Part shown: positions 33,580-49,735 of the stretch, one piece after another
How the letters are laid out: each line of letters opens with the position of its first letter
Numbering within the stretch: position 1 is the stretch's first letter
Assembly: GCA_002189035.1 (NCBI GenBank)
Contig: NEEC01000017.1
Location: 2,170,001 to 2,234,000 of the forward strand
DNA length: 64,000 nucleotides
From: Utricularia gibba
Lineage: Eukaryota > Plantae > Magnoliophyta
Reading direction: 5' to 3'
Program-made: the position numbers and the translations under genes
Notes under the pieces: generated by a model
Database searches by the model: none
Told to the model about the DNA's origin: nothing
What the model saw: only the letters and a program-made list of their open reading frames with translations

Positions 33580-36500
33580 ATGAGCGTTGTTGGTTTTGAT
33601 TTTGGGAATGAGAGCGGTGTGGTTGCCGTTGCGCGGCAACGAGGGATCGATGTCGTGCTCAATGAAGAGTCGAAGCGGGAAACCCCGACGATTGTGTGCT
33701 TTGGAGACAAGCAACGGTTTCTTGGGACGGCTGGTGCGGCCTCCAGTCTGATGAACCCGAAAAACACAATATCCCAAGTAAAGAGGCTGATTGGACGACA
33801 GTTTAATGATCCTATTCTGCAGTCTGATCTGCAGTATTTGCCCTTCAAGGTTTCTGAAGGACCTGACGGTTATCCTCTGATACATGCTCATTACTTGGGG
33901 GAGTATAGATCGTTCACCCCCACTCAGGTTTTGGGCATGTTGTTCTCCAATTTGAAAGGCATTGCTGAAAAGAATCTAAGCGCTGCGGTTGTTGATTGCT
34001 GCATTGGTATACCTGTGTATTTCACTGACCTCCAAAGAAGAGCCGTTATAGATGCTGCAACGATTGCTGGCTTACAGCCACTTCGTCTTATTCACGAGAC
34101 AACTGCTACTGCTTTAGCTTATGGTATCTATAAGACTGACTTGCCTGAGAATGATCCTATGAATGTTGTTTTTGTGGACGTTGGGCATGCAAGCATGCAG
34201 GTTTGTATTTCTGAATTTAAGAAAGGTCAGCTGAAGATATTGGCACATGCGTTTGATCTGTCCCTTGGTGGAAGGGATTTTGATGATGTTCTTTTCCGGC
34301 ATTTTGCGTCGAAATTCAGGGAGGAGTATAAGATTGACGTATATCAAAATGCTAGGGCCTGCCTGAGGCTTCGTGCTGCCTGTGAAAAGTTGAAGAAGGT
34401 TTTAAGCGCAAATCCTAAGGCACCTCTGAGCATTGAGTGCTTGATGGACGAAAAGGATGTGAGAGGATTTATAAATAGAGAAGAGTTTGAGGAAATCAGC
34501 AGGCCCATTCTCGAGCGTGTGAGGAAACCTCTTGAGAGAGCAATTTCAGATGCCGGGCTCAGCATAGAGAACATCCATTCTGTAGAGGTTGTTGGCTCAG
34601 GTTCTCGAGTCCCAGCAATCATTAGGATTTTAACAGAATTCTTTGGAAAGGATCCTAGGCGTACTATGAATGCCAGTGAATGTGTTGCTAAAGGCTGCGC
34701 CCTACAATGTGCCATTCTTAGTCCCACATTCAAAGTGCGCGAATTCCAGGTAATCATCAGCTGTTAGCCATCACTTCACCTCATGGTTTTTGAGGCATTT
34801 TATGTCGGAATTTTGTCTGAACTTTTGCTGATTAAGTTATCCCGCTTTTCCTCTTTTTTTTTTTTTTGTTCTTTTTGTGTTTGGCATAGGTCACGGAGAG
34901 TTTCCCCTTTGGTATTGCTGTGTCCTGGAGCACTCCAGCCACGGATGTTCCTAATGGAGGAGAGGACACCCAAAAAACGTCTGTTGCATTCCCGAGGGGA
35001 AATCCTATTCCGAGTACGAAAGCTCTGACGTTGAATAGATCTGGAACTTTTAAGGTGGATATCCAATATGATGTTCACAGTGAAGTGCAAGCGCCTGCCA
35101 AAATTAGCACTTACACGGTAGCATTCTTGGATTGGTTTGCTGTTTACTGGACACCTCATATTTGACTTCCATTAACGATGCTTCGTCTTTTCAAAATGCA
35201 GATCGGGCCAGTCCACTCGACAAAGTCTGACAGGCCACCAGTGAGATTGAGATTGAAATTGAATCTACATGGAATTGTATCCGTCGAATCTGCAACTGTG
35301 AGCTTTCTTGAACTCACTTTTATAACTTCCAGTTGGATTTTCGCAGTTCAGTGAATATGCCCAAGATTCCTTGCGGTATCTGTATATTACAGCTATCTTC
35401 GCTGATAATGTTACATTTTTCTTTGCATATATATTTTTTTTATCAATTGGTCATGTTATACATAATTGTGATAATGGTGCAGTTGCTTGAGGAGGAGGAA
35501 GCAGGAGTCCCAATTGTCAAGGATGCGGATAAGGACTCTACCAAGATGGAGACTGATGAGGTTCCCGCCGAGTCTCCACTCCCAAAAACCGCTGAAATTG
35601 ATTTGAACGCACAGGATACAAAAACTGAAACCTCTGCAGCTGAAAATGGCGCTCCAGAGTCTGAGGAGAAGCCAGTTGTAATGGAAACAGAGCCAAAGGT
35701 TTGTTATATTCGTTTCACCGAGTTCCTTTTTTCCTCCTCAAAAAAAAAAAAAAAAAAAGATTCTAGAGTATTCACCATCTGATATGGTGATTTCTTCACT
35801 CCTGAAAATGTTTTGATTGTCCATGTGTCAGGTCGAGGCTCCCAAGAAAAAGGTTAAGAAAATTGATGTGCCTGTATCTGAAGTCGTATACGGGGCGCTT
35901 GCTCGTACGGACCTGCAAAAGGCCGTGGAAGAGGAATATAATATGGCTCTGCAGGATCGTGTGATGGAAGAAACAAAGGACAAAAAGAATGCTGTCGAGG
36001 CGTATGTGTATGACTTCAGGAACAAGGTACGCGTGTGTTTAGTTCGTCTTGTGGCAAGGCCATGCTACTCTTGATCGGCTAACCTTCTCGTTTTTTTTGT
36101 TTTCCTTTTCCAGCTTCATGACAAGTATACGGAGTTTGTGACTGACTCAGAGAGAGAGCAGTTTATAAGTAAACTGCAGGAAGTGGAGGATTGGCTATAT
36201 GAAGATGGGGAGGATGAAACAAAAGGTGTATACATGGCAAAACTGGAAGAGCTAAAGAAGGTTGCCTCATCGTTAACAGTTTCTTTTCTTCTACAGTGAA
36301 TTTCCACACTGGTTGACCGACTTCTTCCTCCTACAGGTGGGGGATCCCATTGAAGGGCGATACCGCGAACACATTGAGAGGGGACCCGTGATTGATCAAC
36401 TTGTTAACTGGATTAACAAGTACAAAGAAGCTGCAATGTCGAATGATCCAAATTTTGAACACATTGAGTTGGAAGAGAGGCAAAAGGTCAGTGAAATTTT

Positions 36501-37020
36501 CGATCCTGCGGCCTTTCATTAAAAGGCACCCACTGCCTATACTTGCATGGGTACTGCTGCTGCTTCGCGTGCCGGTCAACGTGACCTTAAATTCTCTTTC
36601 TTCCATGTTCTCATTGTGAAGGTTGTGAGTGCGTGTGTGGACGCTGAGGGTTGGTTGAGAGACCGGACGCGTCACCAGGATACCCTTCCGAAGCATGCGC
36701 CACCGGCCCTCCTCTCAGCCGACGTGAGGAAGAAAGCTGAGGCCTTGGACGCGTATGATGATATCTATCTAAATTTGTCTTGATTTGCTCGTATGCATAA
36801 TGTGCTTCCTCGTTGATATCTGAGATCACACTTGAGCAGGTTGTGCCGGCCAATAATGACGAAACCGAAACCTGCAAAACCAGTGGCACCAGCTCCCCCA
36901 CAAGGAGGCGAGCAACAACCAGAGCAGCCGAAGAGCGACGCGAAGACAGACGATGCGTCAACCCCTGGTGAAGCTGCTGATCCCATGGAGACAGATGATG
37001 CTCCTCCGAAGGCAGCGTAA
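33580..37020 (+). CDS. HSP70-14/15: Hsp110/SSE-type Hsp70 (Hsp70-14/15), 9 exons
   Basis: MSVVGFDFGNES...RQRGIDVVLNEESKRETP, ALAYGIYKTDL, LGGRDFD, TMNASECVAKGCAL, ETKDKKNAVEAYVYD, EDWLYEDGEDE. Junctions are in phase through to TAA at 37020. Confidence 0.97.
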
Positions 37021-37449
37021 GTTGGGGGGGATGACATATTTATTATACCTACGTCCTCGCTTATTCCATGCCAATTTGTTTTGCGTTCTGCTGCTGCCGC
37101 TGCTGCATCTGGAGTGTGTCCGTGTGTTTGTTGGACCATGTTTTGCCCATGGATCGTGTCGCTTTTTCGAACTTCGCTCACCCCTTGCACATCGGCGACT
37201 CCGGAGATCTGTTAGTCGGGTCTCTTTGTACCTTGATACTCCTCCCGGATTCTAAGAGTTTAGTGGTCTTTAGCAGCCAACTAAGGATTCATTCTTGTTT
37301 TTTGGCATTCTTTGCCCAAATCCTTTGCGTCATGTTCTTCTTCTCTCTACGTACACAGTGCTTAACAGCCGAAAGATCAGGCAGCATGCACTCAATCCAC
37401 AGGGAAAAGGAAGCGTTCAGCGGTGTGGCTGAAAGAAAATAAATGACCA

Positions 37450-40400
37450 TCAACACCTGGCAGCCCAGTCAAGAAGCTCCCTCATCTCTGCTGACTCCGA
37501 GGGGATGTAGGGCTTCACCTTAAGAACGTTGTTTCCATTTGCCGGGGAGAGGCACCTCACGCCTATTAGCTTCAAGCCTGCGGTGGGAGAAAAGAAGACG
37601 ATGATTAAGTCGCAGCTGGTTTTTTTTTTTTTCCCCAAGAAGCAAAGGAAAAGAAGAAAATGATGATGGGTAGAGAGGCAGAGCACACTTACTGTCCTGT
37701 ACACGACCATACAGAAGCCTCTCCCCTCTCCAGTATTCGAGAGGTCTGGTCCTGATCCGTTTGCTTCTTCTCACGCCATTCTCAAATGACGTGCCGCGGT
37801 CTGTTCCATCGTACGGAGGTGAATGGGAGGGTTTGATTCTCATGGGAGGAGGAGCACGCAAAGTGGTAGCAAGGACACATTACACGCACCTGCAATACTC
37901 TTTCTCATGGGATGCGCCTTAGCGATGCGCTGTATTGCAGCTGCTGCTCCTTTTGAGGCGTGCAGCTTCTCCTGGTTCACCTGAAAGGAAACTGCGTCTT
38001 TAGAAGAAGAGAAGCACGTGGCAACGGCAGGTTTATCTTGTGGGGTAGTACTAGTAAGCATTACGAGCATGCACAAGACCTTTTTTGGTGAGCCAACATG
38101 ATTTTCCAGAGACGCGGCAACCTCTGCGAGTGCACCCGGATTTGGATTGTCTACTTCCCCTGCGAGACTTCTTCTTACGGGATGCGCTTTTGTAGTGCGC
38201 TTTGCTCCTCCTGCTCCTTTCGAAGAGACTAGCTTCCTCTTGCGCACCTATTACGATGAACGGTATAAAAAGTTCACACACATGAAGTATACCTAGCGCA
38301 GGTATGAAGGAGAGTGTATGAGGAATGAAGAAAACCTGTTTTTCTGAGTCAGTGTGATCTTCCTCAAATGTGCCATCCATCATGTGATCTTGGGGTACGC
38401 TTGCATTTTGGTTGTCCGTTCCACCAGCAAGACCTTTTCCCATGGGACGTGCTTCTGAAATGCGGTTTGGTTCTCGAGCTCTTTCCAAAGTGCGTGATTC
38501 CCCTTGACGCGCCTAATTTTATATACATGGAGTTCAAATGGAGATGAAGAGAACGTAAAATAAACAAGACAAGCAACGAAAGAGAAACCTGTTTTCCCGA
38601 GCCAGCGGGAGTATCCTGAATGGTAGCATTTTTTAGTGCGCTCGCATCCTGATTGTCTGTCACCGATGCACCTGAAGGAAAGCTGAAGCATGTCATACAT
38701 GCAAATCTCAAAACTAAACTGCCCTGAAAGGAAAATCTATGACAATGATACGCAAATGTATACAAGGGAAAGTCAGAGTGGAAGGATTGACAAAATGATG
38801 CTACATTATCATCACTGACAAGGATCAGCATGAGATGCAGAAACTCGATTTAAGTATGAAAATACATAGAGAGCGCATGTAAGATTGAAACCTCTGAACA
38901 ATTCTACAATAGCAGAGGATCAATACCGATGAAAAACACCAGGTGTACATTAAGTCTGTCAGTATGGAATAAGGAATCACAGTGGAAAGCCTTACGTTCA
39001 TGTGAAGTATCGTTGCCATTTAGTGCCTCGGAATTTATAACCAGTTTTTTATTTGGCTCGTCTCTGCATTTTTCAACTTGTAGACCTCTTTTTCCATCAA
39101 CCTGGCTTGAAACATCATGACCCCCTACAGCCATCTCTTCACCTAGAATCTGACTTGCATTTTCTGGGGCTCCAACCTCGGAGTATTTATCCAAGATGGT
39201 CAAAAGTAAGTTTTTCGGTACAAGATCTTGTTCCTGCAACTCGTCCATAGACTGAAGTGAAGGATCGCTTTGGGATGAAAATAGATCAACAACACCAGGA
39301 GAGAATGGATCCTTCTGAGAACTCTGTTTCTGAGATCTCTTCAATAATGATGCTATAGAAGAGAAGGGACTTTTAAGAGTAGGTGAAGTTGAAAGGGGAA
39401 TGCGACGCTGAGACAGTAATTTGGATCCCAAAGGTGATGACATGCCTCTCTTAGCTGCCAGTACCTTGTCCGTGGATGTTGAAACTTTGTCACTTTCTAA
39501 CAGCCGCATTACCTTATCAGCGGATGCTGCAATCTTGTCACTTTCAGGCAGATGATCCATGGATGAAGTGCCGTTCTTTCCAAAACTATTGTGTTCTGGG
39601 ATGGTTAAGCTCTTGTCACTTTCAGGTAGACGATCCATGGATGAAGTGCCGTTCTTTCCAAAACTACTGTGTTCTGGGATGGTTAAGCTCTCTAGATCAA
39701 GAGGCTTTATATTCAATTTCTCCTGCAAGAGATTCAAAGCTCCATCTCCATCTAAATCTTCATCATTGCAGGACAGTAGTTCACCCAATATATCACATAC
39801 TTCATTCTCTGTGACATTCCCTGTGGCAGCCACATAAACTTGCATGTATCAGAGAAACAAAAGAAACTCGCATGGTAAGTCATACATCAACTAAAAAGCA
39901 ACTCGCTAACCAGTCACTTTAGTATCTCCAAAATCCATAGCAAGTATAAAATCGGTAGTGTCCAGATTTTCTGGTCGGTCATCTTTGGAAGAGTTTGGAT
40001 TAGCCTGCTCTCCTCCTACTGGTGAGGGCGCCAACACATCATCATTTTGAGAAAAATATGCTGAATACCGATTCTTACTATTGTATGACTTCCTGCAATG
40101 AACTCATTTTTTAGGAAAATAAACACACAAACAGCTCAGAAGCATACAAGGAACACATCAGTTGATGAAACATAATATCAAAGAAGAGAAATGGAGAACC
40201 TCTGTATGTCCCATATTCCCAAAAAGTAAATGAGAAAAACATTAGAAGCAACACTTAACAGATGAGCATACAAGGAAAACTAACGCATTACCCCAGAAGG
40301 CCAGGCCTATGACGACGTGCCAGTGATGGCCTCTGTCGGTACAGCACATCAAAATCACCACCAACCTGTTTATGTATTTCCTTTCTAGCATCTGTTGGAA

Positions 40401-41291
40401 GTTGGTAAGAAATAAGCAATTGATCCAGTACAGCATTTGTTTTATACTCCATATAACTTGTAAGACAAAAAGAGAAACCAAGATGAATTACACTCCATCC
40501 TTTCGTATGCATCAAAGAACTCATCAGGATCATGAAGCAGATCAATATCCATCTTTTGTTCTCTCACATCAGGCTGTCTGTATATGTACATGAAAAGGAA
40601 AGTTGAGAAGTGCAGGCATGTATAGAAAAAACACTATAGAAAATCATGAGTGAGGCAGTCCACCTAACTTCAGCCTTCATAGAAAATGGAGCTCTACTAC
40701 GAGCGAGGGATAAACCTGGTCGTCGTTCTTGAGGCTTATCCTTGAATTTCACAGCGCCAGCATCTACCACACCTACAACACTTATAAGATCTGATCCTTC
40801 ATTCACTATTCTCTTTGCCTCATTCAGCAGCTTGCCAGGGCTCTGTATTTCCCTCTAACATGAAACAGTAAAACTAAAAAGATAAGCGTGAAAAATGAAA
40901 CTAACAGGGAAAATGGACTCTGGCGTACTCAACGCTTTGTCTAGGAGGCAGCCTCTTCCCATTTCAAGCAAAATCAAACGCGAAGCATGACTCATAAACA
41001 AAAAGTAATCAATAAAAAGTGAACTGAAGACCCTGAAACAAGTACACTGTCCCAATTGTCCACATACACGAACATCACATATCAGCACGAGATATCAACA
41101 AAACGTAGCTCACATTCCCTAAATAAAACTCAAAATCGAAGCGATCTTACCAGCGATTTCATGAATTGATGGATAGAATCCAAGTCCTTAGAGTCTACAG
41201 AAACCTGTTCGCCTGCGGACGCGATAACAGTGCGAGGGAAGAGTGCAGGACCCTGGAGCTCACTCAGCGGGTCGATGGTTTCTGTGCTCAT
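37450..41291 (-). CDS. CENP-C: Centromere protein C
   Basis: N-terminal KPQERRPGL...FSMK and [11 protein letters not shown]; C-terminal CENP-C motif [25 protein letters not shown], then KVKPYIPSE...[11 protein letters not shown] at 41291. Confidence 0.93.
37890..38671 (-). repeat. Degenerate tandem triplication of a ~255-265 bp exon-intron-exon unit within CENP-C
   Basis: Donors at 38589/38336/38080 (spacing 253, 256) and acceptors at 38512/38247/37980 (spacing 265, 267). Repeated peptides [10 protein letters not shown] / [10 protein letters not shown] / [10 protein letters not shown] and TDNQDAS / TDNQNAS / VDNPNPG. Confidence 0.8.
39533..39688. repeat. 78-bp direct tandem duplication in the large CENP-C exon (2 x 26 aa)
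   Basis: Copies 39533-39610 and 39611-39688 differ at 3 positions; they encode SLTIPEH[S/N][11 protein letters not shown][R/H]LPESDK twice. Confidence 0.95.
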
Positions 41292-41909
41292 CGTACCTCC
41301 GCCTCCGAGCTGGAGCACCGACGCCTGATTTCAGAGGGAACAACGAAAATGTATTGGTTCAGCGAACTTCGAATTTGCAGGAAACATGAGCGCGAACCCA
41401 ACACAAACACGGGCTGCATAAAACGCGACTCTTAAGCTAAGGGAACGAGAAACGCGTTTGTAAACAACTATTTATACAATTTCCTTTGGAGTTTTTGGTT
41501 TATTGGGCCAGCTCGTTGTTTTAGATGGGCTTAACTGTAAACTACGCTGGTGGCAGGGTAGAAATTAGGGCACAGCATCAGAAATTCCTTGTCCATCTGG
41601 TGATTGCCGCCCAATGCCGATGGATGTCTGAAGGTGTATCACCGCTCCTTTTCTTTGATCGGTAGAAGTGTAGCAACGTGCTGATTTTAATGTTATTCAG
41701 TCGGTTTTTTTCGTGCCAAAAAAATGATGAAAATCTCAAATTGAAGACGCAGCAGCCATCGGTCTACCGGTGGTGCAGTGAGCGCCGCTTTCCACGCGAG
41801 ATTTCTGATTTGCCTTGTTTTTTTTTTGTTTGTGATCTTTTCTCATTCACTTATTGTGGGTGGAGTTCTCATGGTTGATTTTAATGAACTTGTAATAGTT
41901 TCATACTGA

Positions 41910-44702
<2,793 letters not shown>

Positions 44703-45281
44703 TGACGAGAGAATCGACAGTGCTTGCAGATGGAAAATGCATCCTGTCCATTGCTTATTCAACGGACAGGAAAGAGATCCAATCCAACCACACAGCCAAT
44801 GCTTGCAAGCCCCTATTTTACTTGTTCTTGTATGTCTTCGTGATAGTAGGTTCTTTTTATTGCCTTTTGTTTTCGGAAAAATATTATTTTGCAGAATTTT
44901 TTAAATGTTTTGAATATAATAAAATGTATAAATTGTTTTCTACGAGTATAATTTGCCAATAAACTCAACTTCTAGGCAATGTTTGGATTCCATCTGATCG
45001 ATTAGGTATTGTAAAAGTAGTTAAGAACTGAGGTTACTTTTTCCAGTCGTAAATTTAATGAACTTCTTTTGTGATTCTTTATTCAAGAACAGTTACCGAC
45101 CGCCAATCATTCGGTTTGGACACGCGGAAAAGCTAGTCACTTTGGGAAGGGAAAAGAAAAAACAAAAAATACAAGGCTTTGTTGAATGTTGACGGGTGAG
45201 ACAGAAATTGGGAGGTGGTTTGCTTGTAAAGTTATAACCTGAGACTGTTTTCTTTCTGGGTATTTTTCCGGGAAGCCAAAG

Positions 45282-47626
45282 ATGGGTTCTTTGGAGATGA
45301 TTGCTAAAAGGGTTATGCTCACAGAGATGCCTGTCATGGTTCAGGTTCTTGATCGCGCAAAGGAGGATTTGTATTTTATCCTTATTTTTGTTTATATTTT
45401 CGAAGGTGTTTATGTGCTAATTCTTTGTCTAATCTTCAGATGCGCCAATTGCTTCAGGGGCTGAAGGATTGTGTCTCGTTATGTCAGGTTCTTTTACTTC
45501 ATTTCAATGTTTTGTTAACTGGGATGTTATTTAGTCTTGATTTCCTCGATTTTTGGGGGGTTCATTCATGGCTTTCTGTGGCTGCTTGATGTCTTCTATT
45601 TTAGTGGATTTTGTTAGCTGTTTATGTTATGAGTGAAGCATGGGCTTGGCTACTAGAAATTTGAGTTGTGGACCGCGTTCATTAACTGCAGTTAGTAATA
45701 GAAATAGAACTTCACTTTTTCATGTTAAAGGAGTTGGTCTTGTTCAGCAGCTGACAGGCGGGGTGCAGTTTCAATCTAATGAAAAATGCAGATTGGGTCC
45801 TTCAGTTATCCCGTTTCATTGTTAATCCCTTTCACTTTTATGTTCAGGGTGTTGTATACTGGCAACCACCAAAGGAAGCACTTGAAAAGGTACAGAAACT
45901 TGTGTGGGAGCCGTCGATCAGTAACTACGGTGCTGATGAAGGCCTCCCTGAGCTTAGGGAGTCTTTGCTGAAAAAGGTTCAATCTCCAATACTCTAGCTG
46001 TCAACCCAGATATCTTGCTGATGCAAAAGTTGCATCCCTGTAAATTTTTTGCCTGAGAAATTAGTGTTTTATTCGACTGGGAAGCTAAGTTTTTACTTTA
46101 TTTGTATCTCAGCTACGTCAAGAGAACAACTTGCACAAGTCCTCAGTAATGGTCACTGCTGGAGCAAATCAGGCACGTAACACGAAGCTTGAATTTGCTT
46201 CGATTTTCATTGCGGATTCATAGTGCATGACTCATGAACGGGTGGTCCTGCACATATTTCAATGAACTCTTGATGAAAAATATGGTTTTTGAACCTCTTG
46301 CCCTCATTCTAGTCACAATGCATAGATATTTCATGGAAGTTTCCCACAAGTTCAATGAATTGATGAGGCTAATAAAACCAAATTTCTTGCAGGCGTTTGT
46401 GAATATTGTTCTTGCGCTATGTGATGCAGGGGATTCTGTCATCATGTTTGCTCCATACTACTTCAACTCATACATGTCATTCCAGATGACTGGAGTCACC
46501 AATATTTTAGTCGGTCCAGGGGATCCAGACACCCTTTATCCAGATGCAGGTGGTCACAATCCAATCGTTATCGCTTGTCTCTGCAAGTGTTCTTCTTAAC
46601 CTTGTGGCTGCTTTTCTTCTGCTTTTCAGACTGGTTGGAGGCAACCTTGTTGAATACAAAACCAACCCCAAAGCTCGTTAGTGTTGTAAACCCCGGCAAT
46701 CCTTCTGGAACATACATCCCTCAGCCCCTTCTTCAGGTACCCTTTGCTTCCATGCTTCTTCACGCTGCATAACTACATGTCAAGTCATAACAAGTTGGAT
46801 TGCCTGTGGCAATTTTATATACGCAGAGAATATCAGACATATGCAGGAAGTCTGGTTGTTGGTTGGTTGTGGACAATACTTACGAGTCAGTAAAACTGCT
46901 TCATCTACCATTGCTGTTGTTTTCATCTCATCATCAAGCTAGAGAATTCACCTTTCCTGCAACAATCTTCTTTGCAGATACTTCATGTATGATGGCCGTG
47001 AGCACGTATGCATCGAAGGCGATCACATTGTCAACATATTCTCCTTTTCGAAAGCATATGGCATGATGGGGTGGCGAGTTGGATATGTAAGCACAACTCC
47101 TGCATTCACTTCAAGGCAACGAATTTCATCCTCATCTGATTCACCATTTTTCTGTTCATATTTCACCATCTAGATAGCTTACCCTTCAGAAGTGAAAGGT
47201 CTATCAGAAGGGCTCCTCAAAATTCAAGACAACATTCCCATATGCGCTTCAATCATCTCACAGCGCCTTGCGCTTCACTCCCTTGAAATGGGACCTGCAT
47301 GGGTTCGAGATCAGGTCAAGAACCTCGTGAAGAACCAGGAGCTTATTCTGGATGCATTATCACCGTTGGGTGACAAGGCCGTGAAGGGAGGAGAAGGATC
47401 CATTTACCTGTGGGCAAGGCTTCCAGAGGAGCATAAAGATGACTTTGAAGTTGTTCGTTGGTTGGCTAGCAAACATGGTGTGGCCTTGCTGCCGGGGAGC
47501 CCGAGCGGTTGCCCCGGCTTTGTGAGGATCTCCTACGGCGGGTTGCCGGAGGAGGAATGCCGTGTCGCCGCCGAGAGGCTCAAGAGAGGGCTGCAGCAGC
47601 TGGTAAGTGAAGGGTTGTCTCCATGA
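45282..47626 (+). CDS. ISS1: Aromatic aminotransferase ISS1/VAS1 (class I/II PLP-dependent)
   Basis: TEMPVMVQ, GVVYWQPP, YGADEGLPELRE, VMVTAGANQAF, VVNPGNPSG, VVDNTYEYF, FSFSKAYGMMGWRVGY. Contains one GC-AG intron (46173-46392). Confidence 0.94.
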
Positions 47627-47770
47627 TTCTACTGCACAAGACAATGTTTTGCTGGCAAAAGTGAAACAGTTGCTACACATTCGTTTAACTTCAAATGGTA
47701 CAGTTACAATACACTGGGAGAATGTGTATTATTTACTTATAACTGCAATGAAGACTTCCTCTGATGTCTG

Positions 47771-49231
47771 TCATGGGGTCGGAGTGGTTGCCTCTCCATC
47801 GATCGGTGTCGGCTGCCGGAAGGGGAAATCCACTTCCCGGAGTTGAAGAAGCAAGTACAGCAAAATCCCACAGACAAATCCCAAAGCGGCGCTCGAACCG
47901 GTCAGCGAAATGGCGGCGGATACGAGCATAACGAATGCATCTTCTTTGGTGTTCATGTCTCTTGCCGCGGCTGCCAGCTCGATTCCGGCGAATAAAAGTA
48001 GAACGCCGAGGATTCCCACGGGGAAGCTAGCCAGGATACCCGCGAACGAATTCCCGATGAGTAGTGCGAGAGTCAGCTTGGCCAAACCGAGAAAACCCAC
48101 CGACAAACCACTCCTGCCGCCGAACCGGTACTGCCCTGCTAAACCGCCGGCGCCATGGCAAACCGGCATCGCTCCAAACCAACAGCCCACGAGATTCATT
48201 ATACCGACGCTAATAGAAACTTCTGCGGCAGAGAGCTCCGTCCCCGGAAACAGATCATCGGAGAGCTTACACACTGCAATAACAGAATTCAACACGGAGA
48301 GGGGGATTTGGGGCACAGCTCCCCGCAAGAAGCCTACTTTGAAATCATCCCAAGTGATTTTGAGAACGTGGAATTTCGAGGGACCGAACTTTATGCCACT
48401 GGCAATGGATGGGTCTCGTATGAAACAAAGAATGAAGCCAAGCAAGAAAACGATAAGGGCCGAGGGAATTGCGGATAGAAATCTTCGCCGTCGCTGTACA
48501 CGTTGCTCTCTGAGAGGGATGGTTTCGGCGGCACAGCATGCTCCACCATCGCCAGCGCCGGTGGTCAAGACGAGGAAGACGAAGGAGGAAAGGGCGAGAA
48601 TAAGGCCGTCCAACCCCAGCCAGGGGCGTTGAACGGTAGTTTTTGAAGCAGATGTTGTGGTGAAATCCTGAATATACCGGATGTATTTGATGGCGGAGAA
48701 AGCAAATTGAAGACCCTGAAACGGAAAAATTGCAATCGTACCAGTAACGAACTCCAGATCCATTTAAGAATAAACATCACGCACCTGCGATAATTGAACG
48801 CCGCGGACGACCGAGCGAGGGAGGAATCGGTAGAGAAGGGTCATGAGGCCGGTGGCACCGAGGAGGAGGAGAACACCGGCGGTGGATATACCAGCAGCGG
48901 CGATCTGGGCCACCGTCAGATGAGGCGTCTCTGTGACAGCAACAGCGGCGATGGATTTCATAGGTTGTACAGGCATAGGCATGCCGAATATCGCGCCGGT
49001 GATGATGTTATAGATGCCGGTGAAAATGAGAGTGGTGGAGAGATCGAGATGGGAGACGAGACTGAGGGCTAAAACTATAGGGATGAAGGTCCCGAGATCT
49101 CCGACCGCACCGCTCATCTCTGAAAATAAGGAGCTCTTCAGACGGAAAGAGTTACCGATACGGTGGCCGCAATCATGGAGACGCCGCCTGAGGAGCGGAA
49201 CGGCGTTTTCTGGCGATCCTTCCGCCATCAC
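47771..49231 (-). CDS. MOT2: Molybdate transporter 2, 2 exons (49231-48785, 48715-47771)
   Basis: SEMSGAVGDLGTFIPIVLAL, PMPVQPMKSIAAVA, PQIPLSVLNSVIAVC, GAMPVCHGAGGLAGQYRFGGRSG; N-terminal acidic dileucine-like ENAVPLL is consistent with tonoplast MOT2. Confidence 0.92.
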
Positions 49232-49735
49232 TCCCCGTCCCCTACTACTGCACGCAAAAGCAGCACGATACGACCTTAATATAACAAAAATGAGATATTT
49301 TTGCTAAACAAAAATAATTCTTATTTTTTTAATCCACGCGAAAATGAGATATTTTGCTTATTAAATATTAATAAATACATAACGGCAAAAAAAAAATCAA
49401 ATCTCGCTGGGAGGGGGACCGGACTCTCAATGGGCCGAACCGGATGGAGTTAAGTTCACATTATCCGGTTGGCTCGGCTCGGCACAGAGAGGTTCGAGTC
49501 ACCGTTATGAATCAAATCAAATGTTCAAGTGAATGATAACTAGAACCGGTATGTACTGCACTGCGACGGTTGACCCGGCCGGTTCAGCTAAAAAAATGAT
49601 GGGTTCACGGTTATTCCAGAGGACCGTACCGTACGAATAAACAACATGCTAACCGATACCTCCTCCACCCAAACGCATCACAAGCCTTTCTACCACTAAA
49701 CAGCCCCCAAGCTGCTTTCCCTTGTTTCTTCATCT

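Noticed and set aside
49420-49640. AACCGG/CCGGTT/CGGTT-rich tract between MOT2 and NTT (MSA-like or MITE remnant)
   Set aside because: Scattered short motifs with no TIR/TSD or periodicity; most likely MOT2 promoter or NTT 3' sequence.
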